DNA from: Mobula hypostoma
Lineage: Eukaryota
DNA: 64,000 bases
Assembly (NCBI RefSeq): GCF_963921235.1
Contig: NC_086097.1
Location: 132,930,001-132,994,000, forward strand
Direction: 5' to 3'
Below are positions 25,195 through 37,190 of the stretch, one piece after another. Each line of letters begins with the position of its first letter. Positions within the stretch are counted from its first letter, which is position 1. The notes under the pieces are model-generated. The model did not search any database. It worked only from the letters and a program-made list of their open reading frames with translations, and was not told where the DNA came from. A program made the translations under genes and the position numbers.

Positions 25195-25700
25195 ATTGTA
25201 TTGGATTCTCTTTCACCACCTTCAGCATTGCACCTTGTGCTCTTGGTGTGATCTTTGCAGGATGCTCAGTCCTAGGGAGAATAGCAGCATGACTGATTTT
25301 CCTCCATTTGTAGTCAATTTCTCTTACTGTGGACCGATGAGTACTCCGGCCTTTAGAAATGCTTTTGTAGCCTTTTCCAGCTTTATGCATCTTTACAATT
25401 CTTCTTCTAAAGTCCTCTGAAAGTTGTTTTGATCAAAGCATTGAAGCATAAACAGATTTTTCTTAAGAAGAGCAGGCTCTGTCAGTAACCTGACTTTGTG
25501 TGTCTTTTTATAGGGCAGGGCACCTCTACAACGCACACCTCCAATCTCATCTCATTGATTGGGACATCTGACTCCAAATAGCTTTTGTAGAAGACATCAC
25601 CCAGAGGTTCACATAATTTTTCCAAGAAATACATGTAATATTGGATCATTTTTCTCAATAAATAAATGAACATGTAAATTGTTTTGGTATTATTTATTTA
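25195..25700 (-). mobile_element. Tc1-like transposon 5' fragment
   Basis: MHKAGKGYKSISK..RSTVREI.YKWRK..LPR..HPAKITPRAQ..VKENP, the Tc1 transposase paired-like HTH. Confidence 0.85.
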
Positions 25701-25719
25701 ATTGCACCCAAAATGGATA

Positions 25720-27331
25720 CAACAGGGCTGCACCTGAAGACCCTGTGATCTCTGTCTCAGGGTCCGATGTTAGACTGTCTTTAAAGAGAGTGAACCCTCG
25801 CAAGGCAGAAGGTCCCGATGGAATACCTGGTATGGCTCTGAAAACCTGTGCCAGCCAACGGGCGGGAGTATTCGAAGACATTTTCAACCTCTCACTGCTA
25901 TGGACAGAAGTTCCCACTTGCTTTAAAAAGCAACAATTATACCAGTGCCAAAGAAGAATAATGTGGGCTGCCTAAACGACTATCACCCAGTAGCACTCAC
26001 ATCGACAGTGATGAAATGCTTTGAGAGGTTGGTTATGACGAGACTGAACTCCTGCCTCAGCAAGGACCTGGACCCATTGCATTTTGCCTATCGCCACAAT
26101 AGGTCAACGGCAGACGCAATCTCAATGGCTTTTCACACGGTTTTAGACCACCTAGACAACACAAACACCTACATCAGGATGCTGTTCATCGACTATAGCT
26201 CAGCATTTAATACCATCATTCCCACAATCCTAATTGAGAAGTTGCAGAACCTGGGCCTCTCTACCTCCCTCTGCAATTGGATCCTCAACTTCCTAACAGG
26301 AAGACCACAGTCTGTGCGGATTGGTGATAACATCTCCTCTTTGCTGACAATCAACACTGGCGCACCTCAGGGGTGTGTGCTTAGCCCACTGCTCTACTCT
26401 CTGTATACACAAGACTGTGTGGCTAGGCATAGCTCAAATACTATCTACAGATTTGCTGATGCTACAACTATTGTTGGTAGAATCTCAGGTGGTGACGAGA
26501 GGGCGTAGAAGAGTGAGATATGCCAACTAGTGGAGTGGTGTTGCAGCAACAACCTGGCACTCAACGTCAGTAAGGCGAAAGAGCTGATTGTGGACTTCAG
26601 GAAGGGTAAGATGAAGGAACACATACCAATCCTCACAGAGGGATCAGAAGTGGAGAGAGTGAGCAGTTTCAAGTTTCTGGGTGTCGGGATCGCTGAGGAT
26701 CTAACCTGGTCCCAGCATACTGATGTAGTCATAAAGAAGGCAAGACAACGGCAATACTTTATTCGGACTTTGAAGAGATTTGGCATGTCAACAAATACGC
26801 TCAAAAACTTCTATAGTTGCACCGTGGAGAGCATTCCGACGGGCTGCATCACTATCTGCTATGGGGATGGGGGCTACTGCACAGGACCGAAAGAAGCTGC
26901 AGAAGGATGTAAATCTAGTCAGCTTCATCTTGGGTACTAGCCTACAAAGTACCCAGGACATCGTTAGGAAGCCGTGTCTCAGTAAGGCAGCATCCATTAT
27001 TAAGGACCTCCAGCACCGAGGGCAAGCACTTTTCTCACTGTTGCCATCAGGTAGGAGATACAGAAGCCTGAAGGCACACACTCAGCGATTCAGGAACAGC
27101 TTCTTCCCCTCTGCCATGCAATTCCTAAATGAATTTTGAAGCTTTGGACGCTACCTCTCTTTTTTTAATATACAGTATTTCTGTTTTTGCACTTTTTTAA
27201 ATAATCTGTTTTGATTTACTTGTTTATTTATTATTTTTTTTCTCTCTCCCTCTGCTAGATTATGTATTGCATTGAACTGCTGCTGAGTTAACAAATTTCA
27301 CGTCACATGATAATAAATCTAACTCTGATTT
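25720..27331 (+). mobile_element. Rex1/Babar LINE (RT to 3' UTR), lightly decayed
   Basis: ORFs 25679-27139: [87 protein letters not shown]. Confidence 0.93.
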
Positions 27332-27499
27332 TAAGAACCTCTTAGATGGGTACATGGAGCTTAGAAAAATAGAGGCCTATGTGTTAGGGAAATTCTAGGC
27401 AGTCTCTAGAGTAGAACACGTGGTCAGCACAACATTGTGGGCCGAAGGGCCTGTAATGTGCTGTAAATTTCTATGTTCTATGTTCAGAGCTTTTCAGGT

Positions 27500-29060
27500 C
27501 CCCAGAGGGACGGATAATTCAAACACATATAGAATTTCCCTCTAAAAGGGATTCTCTACCTCAAGTAGGGTGGATTTTTGACTGCATGACAGCAGTTGAG
27601 TACTGAAAAAGCAGAATTCTGGGAGGTAATCCAGTGACTGCAGTGTGAGTTGGCCTCTTTGTGTTCTCAGAACACCATGTGAGGTGAAACAGTGCGGGCA
27701 GCAGAGGAACGTGCTGAGCACTCTGAAGTTCAACAAATTATTGTGGCATGTAGATTGCCTGCCATTATGCAGAAGTGTTATATACAGCGCAGGACTGTAA
27801 AGGTCCAATCTGTGGTCCTGCAGGATGTTTGGGACCCAGATTCTTGGGATGGGGATATCTGCTATGATGATGATTTGGATGGGAATGAAAACAATGTAGA
27901 GGCACACGTCCTTCCGGCATGTAAAAGTTAAAGAGGATCACACAAGTGCTAGCTAACAAAACCAAGCTGTACTGGCTGTCCCTACCACCACCAAGACCAT
28001 TATCTGCAACTACACTATCACTGAGTTACACTATATAGCCCAGCGGCTGTGTCAATCCTTGTCCACTGGCTCACCCACCTATGGGATTCAGAAGTGTCCC
28101 AACTGATTTCAATGTGCATGAGCTTATTCAGTTAGGGTCATTAAAGACAGATCCATTAATCCTGGCCTAAGTGCAAGCCAGTCAGGCTGACGGAGCTGAA
28201 AGCTCCCTATGGGCAGTGGTTATACATGTTGTCTGTGCTCACTACCCTACCCCTTTGAAGTGAAATGCGTCTCCTCATCACTGGAACCCCCACCCCCACC
28301 CCCGGAGGCTATTTCATGCCTCCATGATATGGCAATGCAATCTGCCATTTATAATAACAACTCCTTTAACTGCCCTGAGGCTGTCCCCTTTTCCATTGGT
28401 ATGTGCACCTGATTGAAGGAATCAGGGCCTTACAGTGGAAGGGAGACTTGCTAACTTTATTCAGGCCAGCTGAGTGTCGGACTGCTGCAGGGACTAGCAG
28501 TCTATTGGGCCAACTTGAAGGGTCAGACCTAGATTGGGAATGGGTGCAGTTTAAGGGTGCTTATACATCCTGGAAGCAGCAGGGGCATATTGGGCGCAAG
28601 ATGAATGGAACTAGGAATACCACAAAGCAACTGATGACTGTGCCCCAGCAGTCAGTATCAAAGAGCCCCTCTTCCCATCTTAGTAGAAAAGATTTTTTCT
28701 GTTTGTACTGACGGCAGGACTAGATAAGGAAAAAAATTGATGGTGCACCTATTGGCATTTTTTATCTCTTATACAATGAGCATAGTGACCCAGGTGGGTT
28801 GTATTCTATAGCTCGTACAAAGGGACCAGTCACTCTACCTGCATGTAATGTTAATCCCAAAAAGAAGGACATTCCCCAGTTACATCTGGACTTGCATGAA
28901 TTGGACCCTGGTTGGCTCTGCATTACTGAACCTGTTGCCTAGGGATATGGCTGGGTCTCTGGGTCTGCCGCAATTGCTATAAGGGCAATTCATATTCCCA
29001 GTGTTCCAGAGGGAGACCTGACGTCATATGTGGTCTATGATATGCAGCAATCAAGTGGTA
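27500..29060 (+). mobile_element. Decayed ERV-L/Fv1-like (class III endogenous retrovirus) gag relic
   Basis: Collinear motifs VGWI..(coiled coil)..EERAEHSE..TVKVQSVVLQDVWDPDSWDGDIC (27830-27859), YTITELHYIAQRL, HWLTHLWD, ELIQLGSLKTDP, EAISCLHDMAMQSAIY..PEAVPF; several stops and frameshifts. Confidence 0.72.
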
Positions 29061-29224
29061 ACTAAGAGTCATTTATCCAGTAGTCTTTGTGCCTTGCGGA
29101 AATCTTTGTGACTTGCTATGTAGCATATTGTATGATTTGTCGTGCTTGTACGCTTATTACTACATCTCCTGGACACTTAAAAAGTTGGATATGATTAACC
29201 CAGCCCATTACTGCTGAGGACTAA

Positions 29225-29712
29225 AGACCAGTGCTGATCAGCAGGCTGGAGTGCTCACCAATATCTTCAACTTCTCACTTTGGCAGTCTCAAGTACCCAC
29301 CTGCTTCAAGTAGGCTTCAATTATACTGGTGCCTAAGAAGAATGTGGTAACCTGCCTCGATGACTATCATCCAGTTGCACTTACATCCACTGTAACGAAG
29401 TGCATTGAGAGGTTGGTGGTGAATCATGCCAAATACTGCCTGAGAAGCAACTTGGATCTGCTCCATTTTGCCTACAATTACGACAGGTCAACAGGAGATG
29501 CTATCTCATTGGCTCTGGAACTCTGGAACAGCTGGACGGTGACGATGCATACATCAGGATGCTCTTCACTGACTAACGTTTGGCAATCAGTACTACCATT
29601 CCTTCAAATCTAATTAATAAGCTTCGAGACCCAGGCCTCAGTACCTCATTGTGCAACTGGATCCTCAATTTCCTCACTGTCAGACCCTAGTCACTTCAAA
29701 TTACCAACAACA
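29225..29712 (+). mobile_element. Rex1/Babar RT fragment
   Basis: [40 protein letters not shown]. Confidence 0.85.
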
Positions 29713-29799
29713 TTGGCAATTGATAAGAGTCCATAAGACATTGACACGTGGCAGTTTGATGTTTTGAGCAGCGGCCAATTGGAAATCCAAAGCATGAGA

Positions 29800-32530
29800 A
29801 GATGTAGCTAACTCATCTATGTTTTTCCTTCTTTATATTTGCTCATTTAGAACAGTAGGAATGCCAGGCAGGATAGTTGAAGGCTCTTCTTGCTGGATGT
29901 GTGAAGGCAGGGAGACCTCCAGCGACCATGATGACTACAATTGCGAGAAGTGCAACTAGCTGCAGCTTCTAACACACCACATTAAGGAGTTGGTGCGAGA
30001 ACTGGTTGGACTCCAAATCATTTGGGAGACCGAGGGCATGGATCAACACATGAAGTTATCATATTTTGGGCATTAGTGAGACTTGATCGCAGAAGGGACA
30101 GGACTGACAGCTCAGTATTCTGGTGTTCCGTTGTTTCAGATGCAACGGAGTGGGAGGGATTGAGGAAGGAGGCGTAGTATTATTAGTCAGGGAAAATGTC
30201 ACAGAACTGTTCCGTCAGGACAGACAGGAGAACCTGACTGGCAAGGCAAGGTATGTCACATCCGGAATTATTTCCAGTTAGCGGACGATTTCCTTCCACG
30301 CTGCTCTGACGTACTGGGAAATCACGTATGAGGCAAGTTACAGCAGTGGTTTGCCATTGCCTTCTGCCAGGTGAGTTTTTTTTAAGAGATCACCAGCTCT
30401 TACCAGGAGCTGGCTGGATTCAAACTCGGGACCTCTCGCCCCGAAGTCCAGCGCTGATGCCACTATGCCAGCAGCCGGCCAGAACTTGACTAGTGAGGTG
30501 TAATGGGTGGAACCGAGAATAAAAATGTACGACCATGTTAATGGGGCTATACTACATGCCACCCAACAGTCTATGGGATTTAGAGGAACAAATTTGTAAA
30601 GAGATCACAGACTGTTGCATGAAACGTAAGGTTGTTTTTGTAGGTGGTTTTAACTTTCCACATATTGACTGGCACTGTCATCCAAAGAACTGGATGAGAT
30701 AGATTTTGTCAAGTGGGTTCAGGAATGTTTTCTTAACAAGTACGTAGATGTCCCGATGACAGAGTGTGCTATACTTGGTCTGCTATTAGGAAATGAAACC
30801 AGGGTAGGTGACAGAATTTTGTGATGGGGAACACTTTGCACTTAGTGATCATTATGACATTGGTTTCAAAGTAAATATGGAAAAAGAGATAGGTCTGGTC
30901 CATGGGTTGAGATTCTAAATTGGAGAAAGGCCAATTTTGATGGAATCAAAAAGGATTTGGCACTTGTGAAATAAAACAGGCTATTTTCTGGCAAGGATGT
31001 ACATGGTAAGGAGAAGGCCTCCAAAAGTGAAATTTTGAGAGTACAAAGCTTGTATGTGCCTGCCAGCATAAAAGGTAAAGATAACTGGTTTAGCGAACCT
31101 TGGTTTTCAAGAGATATTGATGCTCTGAATAAGAAAAAAAAAAGGAGGTGCATAGCAGGCATAGGCAAGTAGCAACAAATGAGGCACTTACGGAGTACAA
31201 GAAATGCACTTCACTTAACAAAGAGATCTGGATAGCTAAAAGAAGGCATGAGGTTGCCTTAGCAGACAAGATGAAGGGGAATCGTAATGGGTTCTGCAGA
31301 TATATTAAGAGCAAAAGTATTGCTAGGGACAAAATTGGTCCCCTGGAATATCAGAATGGTAATCCATGTGTGGAGCCAAAAGAGATGGAGGAGATCTTAA
31401 ATGGATTTCTTGAATCTAAATTTACTCAGGACATGGACACAGAGTCTATAGAAGTGAGGCAAAGCATCATCAACTTCATGGACCCTATACAGATTACAGA
31501 GGAAGAGGTGTTTGCTGTCTTGAGGCAAATTAGGGTGAATAAATCCCCAGGGCCTGACAAGGTGTACTCTTGGACCCTCTGGGATTCAACTGCAGAAGTT
31601 ACAGGGCCCTAGCAGATATATTTCAATCATCCTTATCAACAAGTGAGGTATTGGAGGATTGGGGGATAGTTAATATTGTTCTCCTGTTTAAGATAAACCA
31701 GGAAATTATCAGCCAGTGAGCCTGACATCAGTAGCGGGAAAGTTATTGGTAGTTATTCTAAGGGACCGGTTATATGAATATTTGGATAAACAATGATTGA
31801 TTCGGGATAGTCAGCATAGCATGTCTAACCAATCTTATAGAGTTTCATGAGGAAGTTACTGGGAAAGTTGATGAAGTCAAGGCAGTGGATGTTGTCTACA
31901 TGGACTTTAGTCAGGCATTTGACAAGGCCCCGCATGGCCAAGAAGGTTCAGTCACTCAGCGTTCATGATGAGGTAGTAAATTGGATTAGACATTGGCTTT
32001 GTGAGTGAAGCCAAAAAGTGATAGTAAATGGTTGCCTCTCTGATGGGAGTGCTGCAGGGATCAGTGCTGGGTCCATTGTTGTTTGTCATCTATATCAATG
32101 ATCTAGATGATAATGTGGTTAACTGGATCTGAAAATTCGCAAATGATACCAAGATTGGGGGCGTAGTGGACATTGAGGAAAACTATCAGAGCTTGCACTA
32201 GGATCTGGACCACCCGGGAAAAGGTCTGAAAAATGGCAGATGGAATTTAATGCAGAGAAGTGCAAGGTGTTGCACTTCAGTAGGTCCAAATAGGTCCACT
32301 TCGGTAGGTTGGTCTTATACGGTGAACGGAGTGCTGTAGAACAAAGGGATCCTGGAATACAGGTCCATAACTCCTTGAAGCAGGGTCACAGGTAGACAGG
32401 GTCATAAAGAAAGCTTTTGGCACATAGGCCCTCATAAATCAAAGTATTGGGTACAGGAGTTGGGACATTCTGTTGAAGTTGTATGAGACCTTGGTGAGGC
32501 CTAATTTGGAGTACTGTGTGCAATTTTAGT
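29800..32530 (+). mobile_element. CR1 LINE (ORF1 zinc-finger remnant, APE, RT), decayed
   Basis: DDYNCEKC (about 29930), GGFNFPHIDW (about 30640), WIAKRRHEVALADKMK.N..FCRYIKSK, KSPGPD, AVDVVYMDFSQAFDK, QGSVLGPLLFVIYINDL, KFANDTKIG. Confidence 0.9.
30240..30480 (-). mobile_element. tRNA-derived SINE with RTE-like tail (copy 2, internally deleted)
   Basis: Reverse complement matches 1626-1880 (tggcatagtggcatcagcgctggacttcggg..gagtttgaatccagcc..cctggcagaaggcaatggcaaaccactgctgtaacttgcctc). Confidence 0.8.
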
Positions 32531-33896
32531 CATTACCTCTGGCCAATTTTCCCATCATTCCTTCCTAAATTTTTATGACACCTAAATTGAGCAAATTACA
32601 ATTTTTTCCAATTGTTTTGGAGATTCCATCTTCAGTTCTGGACTGGACAGAGCGCAAACATATATCTGGAAAATTACTGCAGTCAATTCATGGTTATGGA
32701 GTCATAGCATCATTCAGCAGAAACAGCCCCTTTGGCCCATTACATATATGCTGACTATCAAGTACCCATCTGTACTCATCCACTTACCTGCATTTAGATA
32801 ATCTCCAGACATAAACTCCACAGGAATGAGCCAGAGGAGCTGTGAGTATCCAGTGCATTTGGCACAGTGTCTGGATGTTTGTGACCTACTGGCTCCAAGA
32901 GACTCTAAGCAACTTTCTGTGATAAGTTGAAAGAAGAGCATTTAACCTCTGTTCGCGCACCAGATGTTGCAAAAATACCATGGGCTCAGGCCTGATAGCA
33001 ACCAGCAATCTACTGGAAGAACTTAGTAGGCTGAGCAGTTTCTGTGGGAGGAAGGAATTGCCAATGCTTCAACTCAAAGCCCTGTATTTGGACCCCATGA
33101 GAATTCCTTTCTTCCCACAGATGCAGCTCATCCTCATTTGTTAGAGTTCCTTGATCAAATTATTTATTGCTCCAATTTCCAATGTCAGCAGTCTGTCTCC
33201 ATACTAGCCTGATAGATGGATGGTAGCAACAGATCCATCTGGTATCAGCTACTACCAGGCACAGAAGACATGCAATTGTCCATCCTTCCAAGGAGGAAGA
33301 GTGAGCACATTCAAGACAGATCATCTGTCGGAAAATGTGGCCAGGAATAAAGTAGTCTAGAACCTGACTGTGCAATTCATCCAATTGAACTTGCACTGAA
33401 TCACCAAGGTTTATGTAGAAGTCAACAGGCCAAGTGTTATTAAGTGGGGATAGTACAGATGGGTACTTAATGGTCAGCACAGACAGGCGGGCAATAGGGT
33501 CTGCTTCTGTGCTCAGTAGTTCCTTGAATCTACCAATTGCCCACAGTGATTTTTCAAATCCTGAGTTGCTACTTGTTCAGAACAAGTTAGAACCTCAGCA
33601 GTCTTACTTTTTCCTGGCTTTTGACATTTTCCATACATAATCTGATACTGATACTGGAAATCCAAAATAAAAACAGAAAATGCAGGAAATATTCAGCAAG
33701 TGAAGGAGAATCAAATGACTTACTAAAAGTTTTCTACATCTTGTTTTTAATTCTGATCTTAACATAGTTAGTTGATCCAAATGTGGCACTAGGGCCTTTA
33801 ACTATATAATCATGGGATAATTTGGCTGACGGAAATTCAGCCTATCAAGGTTGTACTGTCACTTTTTAAGAGGAAACTCTTTCACCTTCGAATGTT

Positions 33897-34428
33897 TAGT
33901 CATAGTCATAGTCATACTTTATTGATCCCGGGGGAAATTGGTTTTCGTTACAATTGCACCATAAATAATTAAATAGTAATAAAACCATAAATAGTTAAAT
34001 AGTAATATGTAAATTATGCCAGGAAATAAGTCCAGGATCAGCCTATTGGCTCAGAGTGTCTGACCCTCCAAGGGAGGAGTTGTAAAGTTTGATGGCCACA
34101 GGCAGGAATGACTTCCTATGACACTCTGTGCTGCATCTCGGTGGAATGAGCCTCTGGCTGAATGTACTCCTGTGCCCAACCAGGACATTATGTAGTGGAT
34201 GGGAGACATTGTCCAAGATGGCATGCAACTTGGACAGCATCCTCTTTTCAGACACCACCGTCAGAGAGTCCAGTTCCATCCCCACAACATCACTGGCCTT
34301 ACGAATGAGTTTGTTGATTCTGTTGGTGTCTGCTACCTTCAGCCTGCTGCCCCAGCACACAACAGCAAACATGATTGCACTGGCCACCACAGACACGTAG
34401 AACATCCTCAGCATCGTCCGGCAGATGT
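33897..34428 (-). mobile_element. Young 5'-truncated Rex1-related LINE (distinct subfamily)
   Basis: Intact frame ICRTMLRMFYVSVVASAIMFAVVCWG..RINKLIRKA..HPLH..SFLPVAIKLYN; AATAAA and (ACTATG)n tail at 33897-33925. Confidence 0.88.
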
Positions 34429-36759
34429 TAGCAAGTTTCTTTTGAATGTTACAACTAAATCTGTTTTCATCAGCCATTTAGTCATTGGGTTCCAAGTCAA
34501 AACACCTCAGTGTTCAAGGGTAAACTCTCCCCAAGAATTTTGTTTTGAAAATTTTCATAAATCTGTGGTTGCTAATAATTCTGTTTCTGGACATATACAG
34601 TTTTTAAACTCCAAATGACTTCAATATGATTTTTAAGTATTTAAATATATGCAATTAATATCCAACTTTATTATAACAAGAAGGGAAAACTTGTGGAGAA
34701 ACATACAAATTGATAATTAAATGCAAAACTTTGTCAGATTCAATATGCATTTATTAACACATCTAAAGAAAGCAACTTTTTATCTAATCAACACAAGAGA
34801 CTGCAGCATCTTCTGCACAAAACTAGACAAATTCATAGCTCCAAATTACATTAAGGACACATTACAGACTGAACAAAGGCACAGAAAAGCAAGCAGAGTC
34901 CTTGCAATAATGAAAGTACATACAATATTGATGCATTATAAACAGGAATATTTATTTAAACACTATTCATTCTGCATTTTCCTCCAAGCAACGAATGTTC
35001 AGTTTTGTTGATGAATGCATATTGTCTCCCAGGTTACCGATGCTGTAAACATTTACAGATTACATGAAAGCATGCAAAGACGTGGGAGCTTGTCTCAAAA
35101 GGCATCCACTGCCAACAAGGAAGAGGTCTTAGCTGATCTGAGGAATATATTTTTCCAGGAACCTGACGGGTTCAAGTGAGAGGCCCCGTAGCAATGAATG
35201 ACACTGAAATCAACTTATAGCACTGTTATGCCTACACTTCCAAAATGACATACTTGGAAAGAATTTTTGTCTCTTTACATATGTGTTGAAATCTCAGGCC
35301 ATTTTTGTTTCAGTGGATCATTTCTAAGGGAAGTGTTACAAGGCTTGGTGGTGCAACAATATGAAGTGATGTTCTTGGATAACTTCGCTCTGCTGTACAT
35401 CCAGTGTCATGTAGTTTAGCTGAATTATGGAGTTTCAACCTATAGCTCAGCGAACTACATGACACTGGTTGAAATTAGTCCAGCATTCTTTGGTCTAGCT
35501 TCCCCTGCCTGGCTTGTTTTAAGTCTGTAGTACAGATCTGTGCTAATTAACTCATTCTAACTGTGATCTAATGAAGAGCAAAAATTAACTAACATCTATA
35601 CTAATTTATAGCTCAGTAAATTATGATTTCAGCCAACAGTGTTTCCAATTTTTGGAAACTTCAGGTTACAGACAATTCGCAGAACCCTGATGAGACTGGG
35701 GAGTGCCCCCGCATAAAATGATCTGTTCTCCTACTCAGATGATCAGGGGCGATTTCTATGGTACAAATTTTCTGTGGTCTAACAGCAGACATATCCCAGG
35801 GATTCTGTATCAGAGAGTTTCAGCCCACAGTAGTGAGCAAGATTTCTTACTGAGAGTTTAGCTTTGCTAAGTGTTCCCTTGCAAATAATTTAGTGTGCAA
35901 AGGCAAAACACAAGAGTCAGTAACTGGACTCGAGTTGCTGAGTTTTATACTGCATACAATCTGTCTCATCTTTTCATCTCAACCACCAATAAATCCTTCC
36001 ATTCTTTTCTCCTTTTTAAAATCCCTTCGTGTATTCTCCTTTCAAAGATCAGCTCTGCCAGAGGCCTTCCCTCTGATCCAGGAGAACTCAGAGCCAGGTG
36101 CTGATCTCTGCCCAAGTTTCTCAGCAGCAAAAGCAACAGAGTGTATGAGGCTGAGGGGAGTGACCTTATAGAGGTTTATAAAACTCTGAGAGGCATGGAT
36201 GTGGGAAATTTGTCACAGTCTTTTCCCAAGGGTATGAGACTCTGAAGTTCAAAGTTCAAAGTACATTTTAGGTTTAAAGTGACAGGGGAAGATTTAAAAT
36301 GGACATAAGGGAAAACATTTTTCAGCCCGAGGCTGGTGGATTATGGAATGAGCTGCCACAAAAAATAGTTATGACAGGTACAATTACAATGTTTAAAGTC
36401 CACTTGGACAGGTAAATGGATAGGAAATCTTTAGAGGGATATGGGCCAATCACAGGCGAATGTCCTCTGTCCCCCAGTAGTATGATCAGCATCGACTTTC
36501 TACTCAAGATGTGGGTGAGAAGCTTGACCCAAAGACTTTTGTTTTACAAGGGAACTACACCAAACTTGTGTGACTCCACACTATCTCAGCTGAACACCTC
36601 ACTGGGGTCCTGTAAATCCTTCCCTTTTCACAGAAGTATTTACAATGTGATTACATGAAATGATTACATGAAATGATTCATGGGACTATTTTCAATTTCA
36701 GGTAAGAGAGACCTCTGGTGTGTTTTTCTCTTATATATATATATATCACTCTCTCTCTT

Positions 36760-37190
36760 TTCCAACATTTCATCCACCAGCTCTCTCCTTCCCTCATCAA
36801 GATTTGGTTCTCTTCACCCTTTTAATTATCATATTCCTTACTCATCCACTTCCAGCACTGGGAGCCTTTGTGCTGCTGCTTCGCAGCCTCCCAGCTATCT
36901 CCACCTTCACTCTCCCCTCACTATCAATTCCCCTTTGCTTGTCTCTGTCTATAATCAACCTGCCACAGTCTTCCAACTCCACTCTTCCACCTCTCCTACC
37001 TGGCTCCTTCTGCTCATCATCCTTCACTCCACCTCGGTCACCTTGGAGTTCCTGTCTCACCACTCTCTCTCTCCTCATTATACTGACTGTCTCTCCTCTC
37101 CACCCTCAGCCCGGATGCAAGGTTTTAATGCAAAACATCAACGATTTCCCCCACAGATGCTACTTGACCTACTGAGTGCTTTGTGAGTGC
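36760..37190 (+). mobile_element. Old Penelope-like 3' UTR/pLTR fragment
   Basis: Pyrimidine-rich tract ending cccacagatgctacttgacctactgagtgc, like the 360-400 tail. Confidence 0.55.

Noticed and set aside
32715..33510. Inverted repeat about 700 bp apart (aagtacccatctgtact / agtacagatgggtactt)
   Set aside because: Two oppositely oriented copies of a common LINE tail; expected at this repeat density.
36680..37186. 168-aa and 151-aa overlapping ORFs
   Set aside because: Stop-poor pyrimidine-rich Penelope UTR, S/L/P-biased, no domain.
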